64,000 bases of DNA from an uncultured Gemmatimonadaceae bacterium (GCA_963740355.1 CAVUDW010000002.1:96001-160000), one strand, 5' to 3'; counted from the first letter of the stretch, positions 38,773 to 48,161 are shown. The notes: generated by a model from the letters alone, not told the origin. Numbers and translations are program-made.

Positions 38773-40986
38773 TCAGACCGGGAAGAGGATTTCGCGGTAC
38801 TTCGGCAGCGGCCACATGTCGTCGGCCACGACGAGCTCGAGTGCATCGCAGCGCTCACGAACGGCCTCAGCGGCATCCGTGCCTTCGCTGGTGAGGAGCT
38901 TGCCCTGCGCGGTCGGATCGTGGTGCAGGCCCTCGGCGCGATCGATGACGCTGGCGAGCGTGTCGCGACGCGTCTGCAGTTCCTGGATCATGGTGCCGAT
39001 GTGATTGGCCTGCGCGACCTGTGGCACCACCGAGATACCGGCGGTGTGAGCTGCGGCTGCCGCCTGAGCCAGCGTCCCGTAGTACGCGAAGGCGGCAGGG
39101 AGGATGAGCGTATCGGTCATCTCCTTGAGGGTGCTGAGCTCGATCATCACATCCTTCACATACCGCTCCATGCGGACATGGAAGCGGCTCTCGAGCTCGG
39201 CCTCGGAGAGGATGCCGAGCGACGTGAGCGTGTGACGCGACTGCGGCGTGATCAGCTGCTCGAGTGCTTCCGGCGTCTTGCGATAGTTCGGCAAGCCGCG
39301 ACGCGCTGCTTCCTCGACCCACTCGGCCGAGTAGCCGTTGCCTTCGAAGCGGACGGCCTTGGTCTCGCGGAACGCTTCGCTGACGACGGCGAGGACTGCG
39401 TCATCCACCGCGACGCCATCCTTCAGCTGCTGCTTGAGCTTCTCCGTCATTTCGGCGATCGCTTCGGCGGCGGCGGCGTTGAGCAGCATGACCGGGAAGG
39501 CGATCGACTGCGACGAACCGACGGCGCGGAACTCGAACTTCATGCCGGTGAAGGCGAACGGCGAGGTACGGTTGCGATCGGTGTTGTCCTGAGCGACTTC
39601 CGGCAGCTTGTTGACGCCGAGATCGAGCATGCGCTGTGCGGCGGTCTTGCCACCCGGGCGGCCTTCGGCGATTTCGTCGATCACCTTCGTGAGCGTCTCG
39701 CCCATGAAGATGGAGATGATGGCCGGCGGTGCTTCGTTGGCGCCAAGGCGATGTTCGTTGCCGCTGGTGGCAATGCCGGCGCGCAGCAGGCCGGAGTGCT
39801 TGAAGACGGCCTTCTGGACTGCGGCAAGGAAAAGCAGGAAGCGAACGTTCTGGTGCGGCGTCTTGCCTGGCTTGAGCAGGTTGAAGCCGTTGAGCTCCGG
39901 GTTGCTGGCGGCGATGGCCATCGACCAGTTGCAGTGCTTGCCCGAGCCGTTGATGCCGGCGAATGGCTTCTCGTGCAGCAGCGCCTGCAGGCCGTGGCGC
40001 AGCGCGACCTTCCGCAGCACCGACATCACCATCTGGTTGTGGTCGACGGCGACGTCGGTCTCTTCGTAGTGCGGCGCCATCTCGAACTGGCAGGGCGCAA
40101 CTTCGTTGTGACGCGTGGTGATCGGCACGCCGAGCTTGTACAACTCGTGTTCGACTTCAGCGATGCAGGCCTGCACGCGCTCGGGGATGCCACCGAAGTA
40201 GTGGTCCTCGAGCTGCTGTCCACGCGGCGGCGGCGCGCCGATGAGCGACCGGCCACCCATGACGAGGTCGGGGCGCATCGCGAAGAAGGCGCGATCGATG
40301 AGGAAGTATTCCTGCTCGGTGCCCATGGTCGTGTAGACACGCTGCACACCCTTGTCGCCGAGCACTTCGAGCAGCTCGATGGCCTTCTGCGAGAGCACGT
40401 CGGTGCTGCGGAGGAGCGGCGTCATCTCGTCGAGCGCTTCACCGTTGTAGCCGATGAAGACGGACGGCACGCAGAGCGTCTTGACGCCGGCAGTCTCGAT
40501 GATGAAGACGGGGCTGGCCGGGTTCCAGGCGGTGTAGCCGCGGGCTTCCCAGGTGGCGCGGAGGCCGCCGGACGGGAAGCTGGATGCATCGGGCTCGGAC
40601 TGGATGAGCTGCGCAGCGCTGAATGTTTCCAGCGGCGTCATCGCGTCATCGAAGCTGAGGAAGGCGTCGTGCTTTTCGGCGGTGAGGCCGGTCTGCGGCT
40701 GGAACCAGTGCGTGAAGTGGGTCACGCCGAGCGACATCGCCCATTCCTTGATCGTCTGTGCGACGACGGGGGCGATGTCGGTGTCGAGCTTCTTGCCGAG
40801 GCGGATGGAGGCCGAGAGCTTGGCGTACACATCGGGCGGCAACTTTGCGCGCATCTGCTTGGCGCCGAATGCGAGGCTGCCGAAGTATTCAGAGGTGCGC
40901 GGCGGCAGGCCGGCGTTCTCGGTTTGCGTCGGGCGTGTTGCGATGGCCCGCAGGGCCGAGGTGCGCGGAGTGTTCGACGTGGGCAT
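38773..40986 (-). CDS. glnN: Glutamine synthetase type III
   Basis: THFTHWFQP.TG.TAEKHD, EPDASSFPSGGLRAT, EQEYFL, NGSGKH, HRLGANEAPP; start re-assigned to MPTSN. Confidence 0.95.
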   Translation of the reverse strand: MPTSNTPRTSALRAIATRPTQTENAGLPPRTSEYFGSLAFGAKQMRAKLPPDVYAKLSASIRLGKKLDTDIAPVVAQTIKEWAMSLGVTHFTHWFQPQTGLTAEKHDAFLSFDDAMTPLETFSAAQLIQSEPDASSFPSGGLRATWEARGYTAWNPASPVFIIETAGVKTLCVPSVFIGYNGEALDEMTPLLRSTDVLSQKAIELLEVLGDKGVQRVYTTMGTEQEYFLIDRAFFAMRPDLVMGGRSLIGAPPPRGQQLEDHYFGGIPERVQACIAEVEHELYKLGVPITTRHNEVAPCQFEMAPHYEETDVAVDHNQMVMSVLRKVALRHGLQALLHEKPFAGINGSGKHCNWSMAIAASNPELNGFNLLKPGKTPHQNVRFLLFLAAVQKAVFKHSGLLRAGIATSGNEHRLGANEAPPAIISIFMGETLTKVIDEIAEGRPGGKTAAQRMLDLGVNKLPEVAQDNTDRNRTSPFAFTGMKFEFRAVGSSQSIAFPVMLLNAAAAEAIAEMTEKLKQQLKDGVAVDDAVLAVVSEAFRETKAVRFEGNGYSAEWVEEAARRGLPNYRKTPEALEQLITPQSRHTLTSLGILSEAELESRFHVRMERYVKDVMIELSTLKEMTDTLILPAAFAYYGTLAQAAAAAHTAGISVVPQVAQANHIGTMIQELQTRRDTLASVIDRAEGLHHDPTAQGKLLTSEGTDAAEAVRERCDALELVVADDMWPLPKYREILFPV

Positions 40987-41157
40987 GGTGCGAACAGGGG
41001 CAGGAGTGATCGAGCGCTCTATTGAGTGTGATGCGGACACCCTCGTGCGCATCATTTTCTGCTGAATCGACAAAAGTAACTGGATTCCGGCGCGATTTCT
41101 GGCCCGAACTGGGCAAGTCGTCTGCGCCTTCGTGCAGAATCTGAAGAAATCTCGTAT

Positions 41158-41198
41158 GGCTGAGCCCGTTACACAAGTCGTATTCCGGGGGCTCAGCC
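41158..41198 (-). terminator. Hairpin at the end of the deoxynucleoside kinase gene
   Basis: GGCTGAGCCC...GGGCTCAGCC. Confidence 0.4.
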
Positions 41199-41879
41199 CT
41201 CGTAGCCGACGGGCCAGAGCTCGGTTTGCGGAATTTCGGGCTCGAGGCGCCGACGGACGGCGGCGGCGATCTCGTCGATGGCGGACGGGTCGCGGAGCAG
41301 GTCGTAGTCGGCGATGTCCAGTTGGAGCACCGGGCAGCGCCGGAACTGTCCGATCCAGGTGGCGTAGCGACCGTGGAGTGCCTTCCAGTAGGACGGCGGC
41401 ATGTCGCGTTCGGCTTCGCGCCCGCGCTGGCCGATGCGGGCCACGACCAGGTCGAGCGATCCGTGGAGGTAGATCAGGAGGCGAGGAGGGCGTGCGGCGG
41501 GACCGGTGAGCAGCTCGGCGTAGAGCCGTTCGTAGAGCTCGTACTCGTCCCTGGACAGGACCTCGGACTCGAACAATCCACGTGCGAAAATTTCGGCGTC
41601 CTCGTACCAGGTGCGATCGAGAATCCAGCCGCCGCCCAGTGCTCGCATCTTCCGCATCGAGTTGAAGCGGGTGGCGAGAAAATGGAGTTGCAGGCGAAGC
41701 GCGTACTGTTGCTGCGCCGATGGGTCGGGGCCGTAGTACGGCGTGAGCCACGGGTTTTCGTCGTCGACCGATTCGAGCGCCATCTGGAGCCCGAAGCGAC
41801 GTGCGAGTGCGCGCGTGAGCGTCGTTTTGCCAGTGCCGACCATGCCGGCAACGGCGAGGAGCATGCTCTTCGGCGGCAT
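41193..41879 (-). CDS. Deoxynucleoside kinase
   Basis: GMVGTGKTT P-loop, ESVDDENPWL..YY, LDRTWYED..F, RI..RGR..E. Confidence 0.92.
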   Translation of the reverse strand: MPPKSMLLAVAGMVGTGKTTLTRALARRFGLQMALESVDDENPWLTPYYGPDPSAQQQYALRLQLHFLATRFNSMRKMRALGGGWILDRTWYEDAEIFARGLFESEVLSRDEYELYERLYAELLTGPAARPPRLLIYLHGSLDLVVARIGQRGREAERDMPPSYWKALHGRYATWIGQFRRCPVLQLDIADYDLLRDPSAIDEIAAAVRRRLEPEIPQTELWPVGYEG

Positions 41880-42033
41880 CTGGATCGAACGGCGAGGGCG
41901 AGGTGAAGGAGTGCGTGCGGGCGACGCGGACGAGCGCGCGCGAACAATATGGCAGGATGGATGCACGGTGCCCTTGTCGCACGGGCCGTTGGGGACGACC
42001 TTTCCCGTCCGCCAGCGATGACAGGGCGGACAC

Positions 42034-42105
42034 GGCGCGGTAGCCAAGTGGTAAGGCAGCGGTCTGCAAAACCGTTATTCGCGGGTTCGATTCCCGCTCG
42101 CGCCT
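42034..42105 (+). tRNA. tRNA-Cys(GCA); CCA not encoded
   Basis: GGCGCGG/TCGCGCC acceptor, D-loop AAGTGGTAA, CT-GCA-AA anticodon loop, TTCGATT T-loop, U73. Confidence 0.97.
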
Positions 42106-42126
42106 CTGATCTGATTCAATCGTCGA

Positions 42127-42170
42127 AACGAAGCACCCGGCAGCCGCACGCTGTCGGGTGCTTCGTGCTT
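42127..42170 (+). terminator. Terminator after the tRNA
   Basis: ACGAAGCACCCGGCAGC...GCTGTCGGGTGCTTCGT hairpin. Confidence 0.65.
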
Positions 42171-42305
42171 GTTGGGCGTGCCGGGGCATGATCTGCATTC
42201 AGCACTTGTCCTTCAACGTCACGAAAGGGATCATCGTAGGACGATCTGTCAGGGCGCCATCCGTTTCTGCGCACCGCCCGCCAGGCACACTTCGCAAGAC
42301 ACTTC

Positions 42306-43079
42306 ATGACTGCAGGATCTGACGGGATGTTCTCCCTCGCCGGCAAGACGGCGCTGATCACCGGCGCGTCGCGCGGGATCGGGCTTGCGATCGCGCGGAC
42401 ATTCGCGCGCGCGGGAGCGCAGGTGATCCTGAATGCGCGGAAGGCGGAGGTGCTGGCGGCCGCGGTGGAGAGCCTGACCTCCGACGGCTACAGTGCGCAG
42501 GGCCTGGCGATGAATGCCGGTCGGGTGGAGGATGCGCCGGCGTTGATCGAGGCCGCTGCAGCGCTGTTCGGTGGCCTCGACATTCTCGTCAACAACGCGG
42601 CCGCGAACCCGATCTATGGGCCCGTGGAACTGGCGACGCCTGATGTGTTCACGAAGATCATGAACGTGAACCTGCATGCCCCGTTCGAGCTGGCGAAGGC
42701 GGCGAGACCGCACATGCGGCAGCGTGGTGGTGGCTCGATCATCAACATGTCGAGCATCGGTGGCCGCAATCCGGAGCCTGGGCTGGGCATCTACAGTGTG
42801 AGCAAGGCAGCCCTCCTCAGCCTGACGCAGGTGCTGGCCAAGGAATGGGGTGGCGATGGCATCACGGTGAACGCGATCTGCCCTGGCCTGATCAAGACGG
42901 ACTTCAGCTCGGCGCTGTGGTCGAACGACAAAACGATGCAGCACATGTTGCGTCAGCAGCCGATCCAGCGCATCGGCGAAGGTGAAGACATCGCGGCGAT
43001 GGCGTTGTACCTGGCCAGTGACGCGGCGCGCTTCACGACGGGAGCGACATTCACCGTCGATGGAGGGTATCTCGCATGA
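42306..43079 (+). CDS. Short-chain dehydrogenase/reductase (DHRS4/FabG-like)
   Basis: TGASRGIG, NNAA, YSVSK, VDGG. Confidence 0.94.
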   Translation: MTAGSDGMFSLAGKTALITGASRGIGLAIARTFARAGAQVILNARKAEVLAAAVESLTSDGYSAQGLAMNAGRVEDAPALIEAAAALFGGLDILVNNAAANPIYGPVELATPDVFTKIMNVNLHAPFELAKAARPHMRQRGGGSIINMSSIGGRNPEPGLGIYSVSKAALLSLTQVLAKEWGGDGITVNAICPGLIKTDFSSALWSNDKTMQHMLRQQPIQRIGEGEDIAAMALYLASDAARFTTGATFTVDGGYLA

Positions 43080-44263
43080 GCGGCGTCGATGTGTCGGAAC
43101 TGGTGGCGAAGCTTCGTGCGCTGCTGGATGGGCCAGGGCTGGAAGTCGAGTCGGCGGTGCTCCGGGATGGTTTCCGCGCCGCGCTGCCACAGCTGCATGT
43201 ACTACGCGAGCAGGTAAGGCAGATGGGTGCGTGGGCGCCTCACCTGCCACCGGAGGATGGTGGCCTGGGACTGAGCCTGGTGGAGTTCGCGCGGATCAGC
43301 GAAGTGCTTGGTCGATCGCCGATTGGGCACTGGCTGTGCAATTGCCAGGCGCCGGACATCGGCAATATGGAACTGCTGCATTCACACGCGGACTCGTCGC
43401 TGAAGGGGCGCTGGCTGGTGCCGTTGATGCGTGGAGAGATTCGCAGCTGTTTCGCGATGACAGAACCGGAGCACGCGGGCTCGAATCCGGTGTGGATGTC
43501 GACGACGGCGGTGCAGAATGGCAATCACTACGTCATCAACGGCCACAAGTGGTTCACCACCGGCGCGGATGGCGCGACGTTCACGATCGTGATGGCGGTG
43601 ACCGATCCCGATGCGCCGCCTCACAAGCGTGCATCGATGATCCTCGTACCGATGGACACGACGGGCTTTTCCATCGAACAGAACATCCAGGTGATGGGTG
43701 AACGCGGCGGCGACCATGCGTCACATGCCGAGGTTCGCTTCAACGATGTGCGCGTACCGATCAGCAACCGGATCGGTGGAGAGGGGCAGGGCTTCGAGTT
43801 GGCGCAGGCACGACTTGGACCGGGGCGCGTGCATCATTGCATGCGCTGGATCGGCATCTGCGAGCGAGCGTTCGACCTGATGTGCACGCGTGCCGTGCGC
43901 CGCGAGTTGTCACCGGGCGAGCCACTGGCGCGGCGCGAGACGATTCAGCACTGGGTTGCGGAATCGCGTGCCGAGATCGACTCGGCGCGCCTGCTGGTGC
44001 TGGAAGCCGCGGCGGCGCTCGAAAGCCGGGGGCCCCTCGGCGCGCGCGAGCAGATCGCGGCGATCAAGTTCCACACCGCTGCCGTGCTGCAGCGGGTACT
44101 CGACCGTGCGATCCAGGTGCATGGCGCCATGGGTCTCACCGATGCAACTCCGCTTGCGTTCTGGTGGGCGCATGAGCGAGGCGCACGCATCTACGACGGG
44201 CCGGACGAAGTGCACAAGCAATCCCTGGGGCGCGCCATCCTGAAGCGGTACGCCGCCACGTGA
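43076..44263 (+). CDS. Acyl-CoA dehydrogenase (ACAD10/11, LvaC-like)
   Basis: NCQAPDIGNME, CFAMTEP, RLGPGRVHHCMR, IYDGPDEVH. Confidence 0.93.
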   Translation: MSGVDVSELVAKLRALLDGPGLEVESAVLRDGFRAALPQLHVLREQVRQMGAWAPHLPPEDGGLGLSLVEFARISEVLGRSPIGHWLCNCQAPDIGNMELLHSHADSSLKGRWLVPLMRGEIRSCFAMTEPEHAGSNPVWMSTTAVQNGNHYVINGHKWFTTGADGATFTIVMAVTDPDAPPHKRASMILVPMDTTGFSIEQNIQVMGERGGDHASHAEVRFNDVRVPISNRIGGEGQGFELAQARLGPGRVHHCMRWIGICERAFDLMCTRAVRRELSPGEPLARRETIQHWVAESRAEIDSARLLVLEAAAALESRGPLGAREQIAAIKFHTAAVLQRVLDRAIQVHGAMGLTDATPLAFWWAHERGARIYDGPDEVHKQSLGRAILKRYAAT

Positions 44264-45342
44264 GTACTCCGACAACTGCAGTGGATGTAGAACGGTTGCG
44301 GGCGTGGTTGATGTCGGAAGTTCCATCACTCGGCGTGCAGGCTGTGACGCCATTGCGCGCAACGAGAGTCGGCGGTGGCTACTCCAACCTGACGTTCGAC
44401 ATCGGCATTGGTGATGGCGATGCGCTGCGTCACCTGATCCTGCGTCGGCCGCCGGTGGGTGTGCGGGCGGATCGTGGCGCACACGACATGCGACGCGAGT
44501 TTCGCGTGCTGTCGGCGGTGCACGGGTCGCCGGTACCGGTGCCGACACCGATTGCGCTGTGCGAGGACGAGTCGGTGCTGGGCGGGATGTTCTTCCTGAT
44601 GTCGCTGGTGCCGGGGGTGGCCGTACGCACGCTGGATGATGCGCCGGCGTTGCGCGACCCGGCGGTGATGCGCCGCATGAGTGAGGCCTGCATCGACGCG
44701 CTGGCATCGCTGCATGCGCTGCCTGTCGAAGCGATGCCGATCTACGACGCAGCAAAAGTGGACGGGTATGGCGCGCGACAGGTCGCCAACTGGCACGCGC
44801 GATGGACCGCATCACGACCACCGGATGTGCCAGACATGGATGCCGCAGTGGTGTTTGCGTGGCTGGCGGAGAAACTGCCGACGCCGATCGCGCCCGCCCT
44901 GCTGCACAACGACTGGAAGTTCGACAACCTGCTGGTCGACGCGTCCAATCCATCGGTGATCAGCGGTGTGTTGGACTGGGAGATGGCGACGATCGGCGAT
45001 CCACGCTTTGACCTGGCGACTGCGCTGGGCTACTGGGTGCAGTCTGATGATCCGCCGATGATGCAGGCGTTGGCGCTCGGGGTCACGAATGCCCCGGGGT
45101 GCCTGACGCGCGCCGAGGTGGTCGCCCGGTACGCGGAGCAGCGCGGCATCGTGGTGGATGAGCCGGTGTACTGGTGGGTGTTCGGGTTGGCGAAGGTGGC
45201 GGTAATCGTGCTGCAGCTGTACGCGCGGTATGTGGCTGGCACGACGCAGGATGCGCGGTTCGCGTTCCTTGGTGGCATGGCCGCGTTACTGATGCAGACG
45301 GCGCGGACGGCGATCGAGAACAACTCGCTGGCGGCGCAGTAG
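44260..45342 (+). CDS. APH-like phosphotransferase (ACAD10/11 N-terminal kinase, LvaA-like)
   Basis: GGYSNLT, LRRPP, AHDMRRE, LHNDWKFDN, LDWEMATIGDP. Confidence 0.92.
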   Translation: MSTPTTAVDVERLRAWLMSEVPSLGVQAVTPLRATRVGGGYSNLTFDIGIGDGDALRHLILRRPPVGVRADRGAHDMRREFRVLSAVHGSPVPVPTPIALCEDESVLGGMFFLMSLVPGVAVRTLDDAPALRDPAVMRRMSEACIDALASLHALPVEAMPIYDAAKVDGYGARQVANWHARWTASRPPDVPDMDAAVVFAWLAEKLPTPIAPALLHNDWKFDNLLVDASNPSVISGVLDWEMATIGDPRFDLATALGYWVQSDDPPMMQALALGVTNAPGCLTRAEVVARYAEQRGIVVDEPVYWWVFGLAKVAVIVLQLYARYVAGTTQDARFAFLGGMAALLMQTARTAIENNSLAAQ

Positions 45343-45376
45343 GCGCGCGAAAACAACACCGCGTCGCGCAAAAGAC

Positions 45377-45659
45377 ATCAAGGGGTCAGAGATCTTGATC
45401 GTTGCCGCACAAGGATCTCGGAACCAAGATCTCTGACCCCTTGGTCGGGGGATAACGTCATGCATCACAACGACTTGTCGCCGAAATTTGCCGATCAAGA
45501 TCTCTGACCCCTTGGTCGGGGGATAACGTCATGCACCACAACGACTTGTCACCGAAATTTGCCGATCAAGATCTCTGACCCCTTGGTCGGGGGATAACGT
45601 CATGCACCACAACGACTTGTCGCCGGAATTTGCCGATCAAGATCTCTGACCCCTTGATC
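45377..45659. repeat. REP/BIME-like cluster 3: one forward unit, then four reverse units on an exact 71-bp period
   Basis: CAAGATCTCTGACCCCTTG at 45425, 45496, 45567 and 45638 with near-identical linkers. Confidence 0.95.
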
Positions 45660-45665
45660 GGTAAC

Positions 45666-45702
45666 GAAAGAGGCCGGCATCACAGTGTGGATGCCGGCCT
45701 CT
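45666..45702 (-). terminator. Rho-independent terminator of the YceI gene
   Basis: AGAGGCCGGCATC...GATGCCGGCCTCT followed by a short U-tract on the minus strand. Confidence 0.75.
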
Positions 45703-45730
45703 ATGCCGTTCAGAATTCAACCGCAGTCGA

Positions 45731-46366
45731 TCACGGAGCTGGCGGGGCTGACTTGGCTTCGACGTCGACCATCAGCGTGATGTCGTCGGAGACGACGGCA
45801 ACACCTTCCGTCATGCGATCCCACATCAGGCCGTATTCCTTGCGCTTCACCGTGCCGGTGAGCGACAGGGCGGCGAGCCAGCCCTGCGGGGTCTGACGCG
45901 TGCCGGCCAACTCGCCATCGAGCACGATCGGCTTGGTGACGCCACGCATGGTCAGGTTGCCGTTCACCTTGTACTTGTTGCCGGCCAGCTTGGTGATGCT
46001 GGTGGAGACGAAGGTGATCTTGGGGAAGCTGTCGGCGGCGAAGAAGTCGGGCGACTTGAGGTGCGTGTTGCGGCGATCGTTGTCGGTGTTGATGCTGGCG
46101 ACGTCGATGGACAGGTTCGCGTTGGCGGCGGCGCCGGTGGCCGGGTCAAGCTGGAACGAGCCAGAGAACGTTCCGAAACGGCCGGTGACCGTGCTCAGGC
46201 CGAGGTGGCGCACCTTGAACTGCACATTGGTGTGGGCCGCATCGATCTGGAACGTGGTCATGGCGAACGGCGCAGCGGCGCTGAGCGGGGCTGCATTCCG
46301 CAGTGCCACCGGCGACGCGAGCGCGGCCCCGACGACTGCGGTTGAAACGAGAGCACGAAGCAACAT
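45731..46366 (-). CDS. YceI-family polyisoprenoid-binding protein
   Basis: IDAAHT.V.FKVRHLG, RNTHLKSPDFF, GNLTMRGVTK. Confidence 0.93.
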   Translation of the reverse strand: MLLRALVSTAVVGAALASPVALRNAAPLSAAAPFAMTTFQIDAAHTNVQFKVRHLGLSTVTGRFGTFSGSFQLDPATGAAANANLSIDVASINTDNDRRNTHLKSPDFFAADSFPKITFVSTSITKLAGNKYKVNGNLTMRGVTKPIVLDGELAGTRQTPQGWLAALSLTGTVKRKEYGLMWDRMTEGVAVVSDDITLMVDVEAKSAPPAP

Positions 46367-46487
46367 GGGTCTCTTCTTTGGCTGGACGTAATCGATCGTC
46401 GGGCGCGCGCGTCGTGCGGACCCCGACATGGCTACACCAAAGATATGACTACGCTTCCTGATTCGGCATTCCCGCTTGCCGTGGCAG

Positions 46488-48161
46488 CTACTCCAGCGGC
46501 AGCGCCTGCGTGCTGACTGGGCTCGGGACGAGGAATTCGCCAGCGAGCCGAGCCGCGCGAGATGGGACTGGCAGCCCGATGCGGAAAGTCGATCCGGCGC
46601 CGGGCTCGGATTTCGCGAGCGTCAGCGAGCAGCCGATCATCTCGCACATGGCACGGGCGAGCGCGAGCCCCAGACCGGTACCCGCCGAGCGACGGACAGT
46701 TGGCCGAGCCTGACTGAAGTCGGGCTCGAATGGCAGGAAGATGCGCGGCTGGCGGTCGGGATCGATGCCTGGGCCGGCGTCTTTCACGTCGATCGCGATT
46801 GGCCGACGTTCGTCACCGTCGACGATCAGGGAGACCTTGACCTGCCCGTGCCTGGAGTAGGCGAGGGCGTTGCCGAGCAGGTGTGTGAGCGCCTGGCGGA
46901 GCCGTACCGGGTCGGTCAGGAGCGGTCCGGCCAGCTCGGGGAGGTCGACCACGATCGAGGTTGTGCTGAGCGACGGGTGGTCGCCGAACGAGGCGACGGT
47001 TTCGCCAATCACGGCGCGGACATCGGTGAGCGACTGGTCCACGACCAGATCCCCCGACTCGATCGCCGAGAAATCGTGCAGATCAGAGACGGTCTCGAGC
47101 AGGCGCATGCCATGCGCGATGGCGTCATCGAGATGGGAGCGTTCGCGTGCGGTGAGGCGCTGGTCACGATCCGCGCGCACTTCAGCCGTGAGGCCGACGA
47201 TGGCGTGCAGTGCGGCACGGAATTCATCGGTCATGCGCGCGACGTATTCACCACGCGTGTTACTCGCCTGCTCGGCGGCATCGCGCTCACTGACGAGCCG
47301 GAGCTCTGCCTTCTTGCGACTGGTGACGTCGGTGGCGATGCCAAGCAGCAGCAATGGTGCACCGGTCTCGCGGCGGCTGAAGACACTGGCGCGAGTGTGT
47401 ACCCAGCGCCAGTCGCCACCTGGCGTCTGGACGCGCATTTCGTTCGTGAGGACGTCGCTGTCACCGAATGCGGACGACATGCGGGCGCCGCTGGCGCGAA
47501 ACTGCGCACGATCATCGGGATGCACGAAACGCAGCATCTCGCGACGATTGAGTGTGCGGGCATCACGTTCTGGCCCGCCGAGGAACGCATGCACGCAGCG
47601 GTTCATCCAGACGATGCGTTCATCGGCCGGATCGTAGAGGTAAAGCAGGTCGGGTGACGCGCGTGCGATCATCTCGAACAGGCGCTGGCTCTCGGCGAGA
47701 CGGGCTGCGGCCTGGCGCTCGATGCTGACATCGCGGAACACGATGGTGAGCGAGAGCGGCTGTCCGGCTGCGGCGGGCGTGACGACGACCGTCTGCAGCG
47801 CGGGGAAGATTCGGCCATCCGCGGTCTGCAGCGCTGTGTCGCAGGTGACCTTGCCGAGCCTGAGCGCCGTCGGCACGACCTCTTCGAGCAGCAGTGCGCG
47901 CGCGGCGGGGGTGTGCGCCGGGAACAGGCATCCTTCCAGCGCGGCATCATCGTCGGCGTAGCCGAGCAGGTCGCGGCCGGCGCGATTGAGGAAGCGGAGT
48001 GTGCCGTCACCCGTCGTGATGCACACGATGTCCGACAAGGCATCGAAAACCGCGTACGACTCCGGAAAGTCGTGCTTCGGGTATTCGGCCGTGACAGGGG
48101 TGACGACGACCGTGGAATCGGTCGTCGGCCTGTGTGATCGGAAGTGGGCGAGGTGGGTCAC
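46488..48161 (-). CDS. PAS-PAS histidine-kinase-like protein lacking the canonical phospho-His
   Basis: H-box reads MTDEFRAAL; N (LLGNA), G1 (DAGPGI), F (IFLPF) and G2 (GTGLGL) intact. Confidence 0.85.
   Translation of the reverse strand: MTHLAHFRSHRPTTDSTVVVTPVTAEYPKHDFPESYAVFDALSDIVCITTGDGTLRFLNRAGRDLLGYADDDAALEGCLFPAHTPAARALLLEEVVPTALRLGKVTCDTALQTADGRIFPALQTVVVTPAAAGQPLSLTIVFRDVSIERQAAARLAESQRLFEMIARASPDLLYLYDPADERIVWMNRCVHAFLGGPERDARTLNRREMLRFVHPDDRAQFRASGARMSSAFGDSDVLTNEMRVQTPGGDWRWVHTRASVFSRRETGAPLLLLGIATDVTSRKKAELRLVSERDAAEQASNTRGEYVARMTDEFRAALHAIVGLTAEVRADRDQRLTARERSHLDDAIAHGMRLLETVSDLHDFSAIESGDLVVDQSLTDVRAVIGETVASFGDHPSLSTTSIVVDLPELAGPLLTDPVRLRQALTHLLGNALAYSRHGQVKVSLIVDGDERRPIAIDVKDAGPGIDPDRQPRIFLPFEPDFSQARPTVRRSAGTGLGLALARAMCEMIGCSLTLAKSEPGAGSTFRIGLPVPSRAARLAGEFLVPSPVSTQALPLE

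Noticed and set aside
38920..41025. 701-aa plus-strand ORF and similar long antisense ORFs (e.g. 1104-2102, 11605-12888, 54192-55760)
   Set aside because: Shadow ORFs caused by high-GC codon bias opposite well-supported genes
40987..41190. Glutamine riboswitch in the glnN leader
   Set aside because: Only generic hairpins seen; cannot match the glnA RNA motif by eye and would need an Infernal search
42034..42105. tRNA-Cys as an integration site for an island or prophage
   Set aside because: No duplicated tRNA 3' end, integrase or phage gene seen in the window
40987..42198. ~400-aa N-terminal extension of GSIII in the 1141-aa ORF
   Set aside because: It overlaps the deoxynucleoside kinase gene in another frame and tRNA-Cys; GSIII homology begins near MPTSN (40986)
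45425..45659. CRISPR array (repeat plus ~50-bp spacer periodicity)
   Set aside because: Spacers are near-identical, the repeat occurs in both orientations at several loci, and no cas genes are in the window
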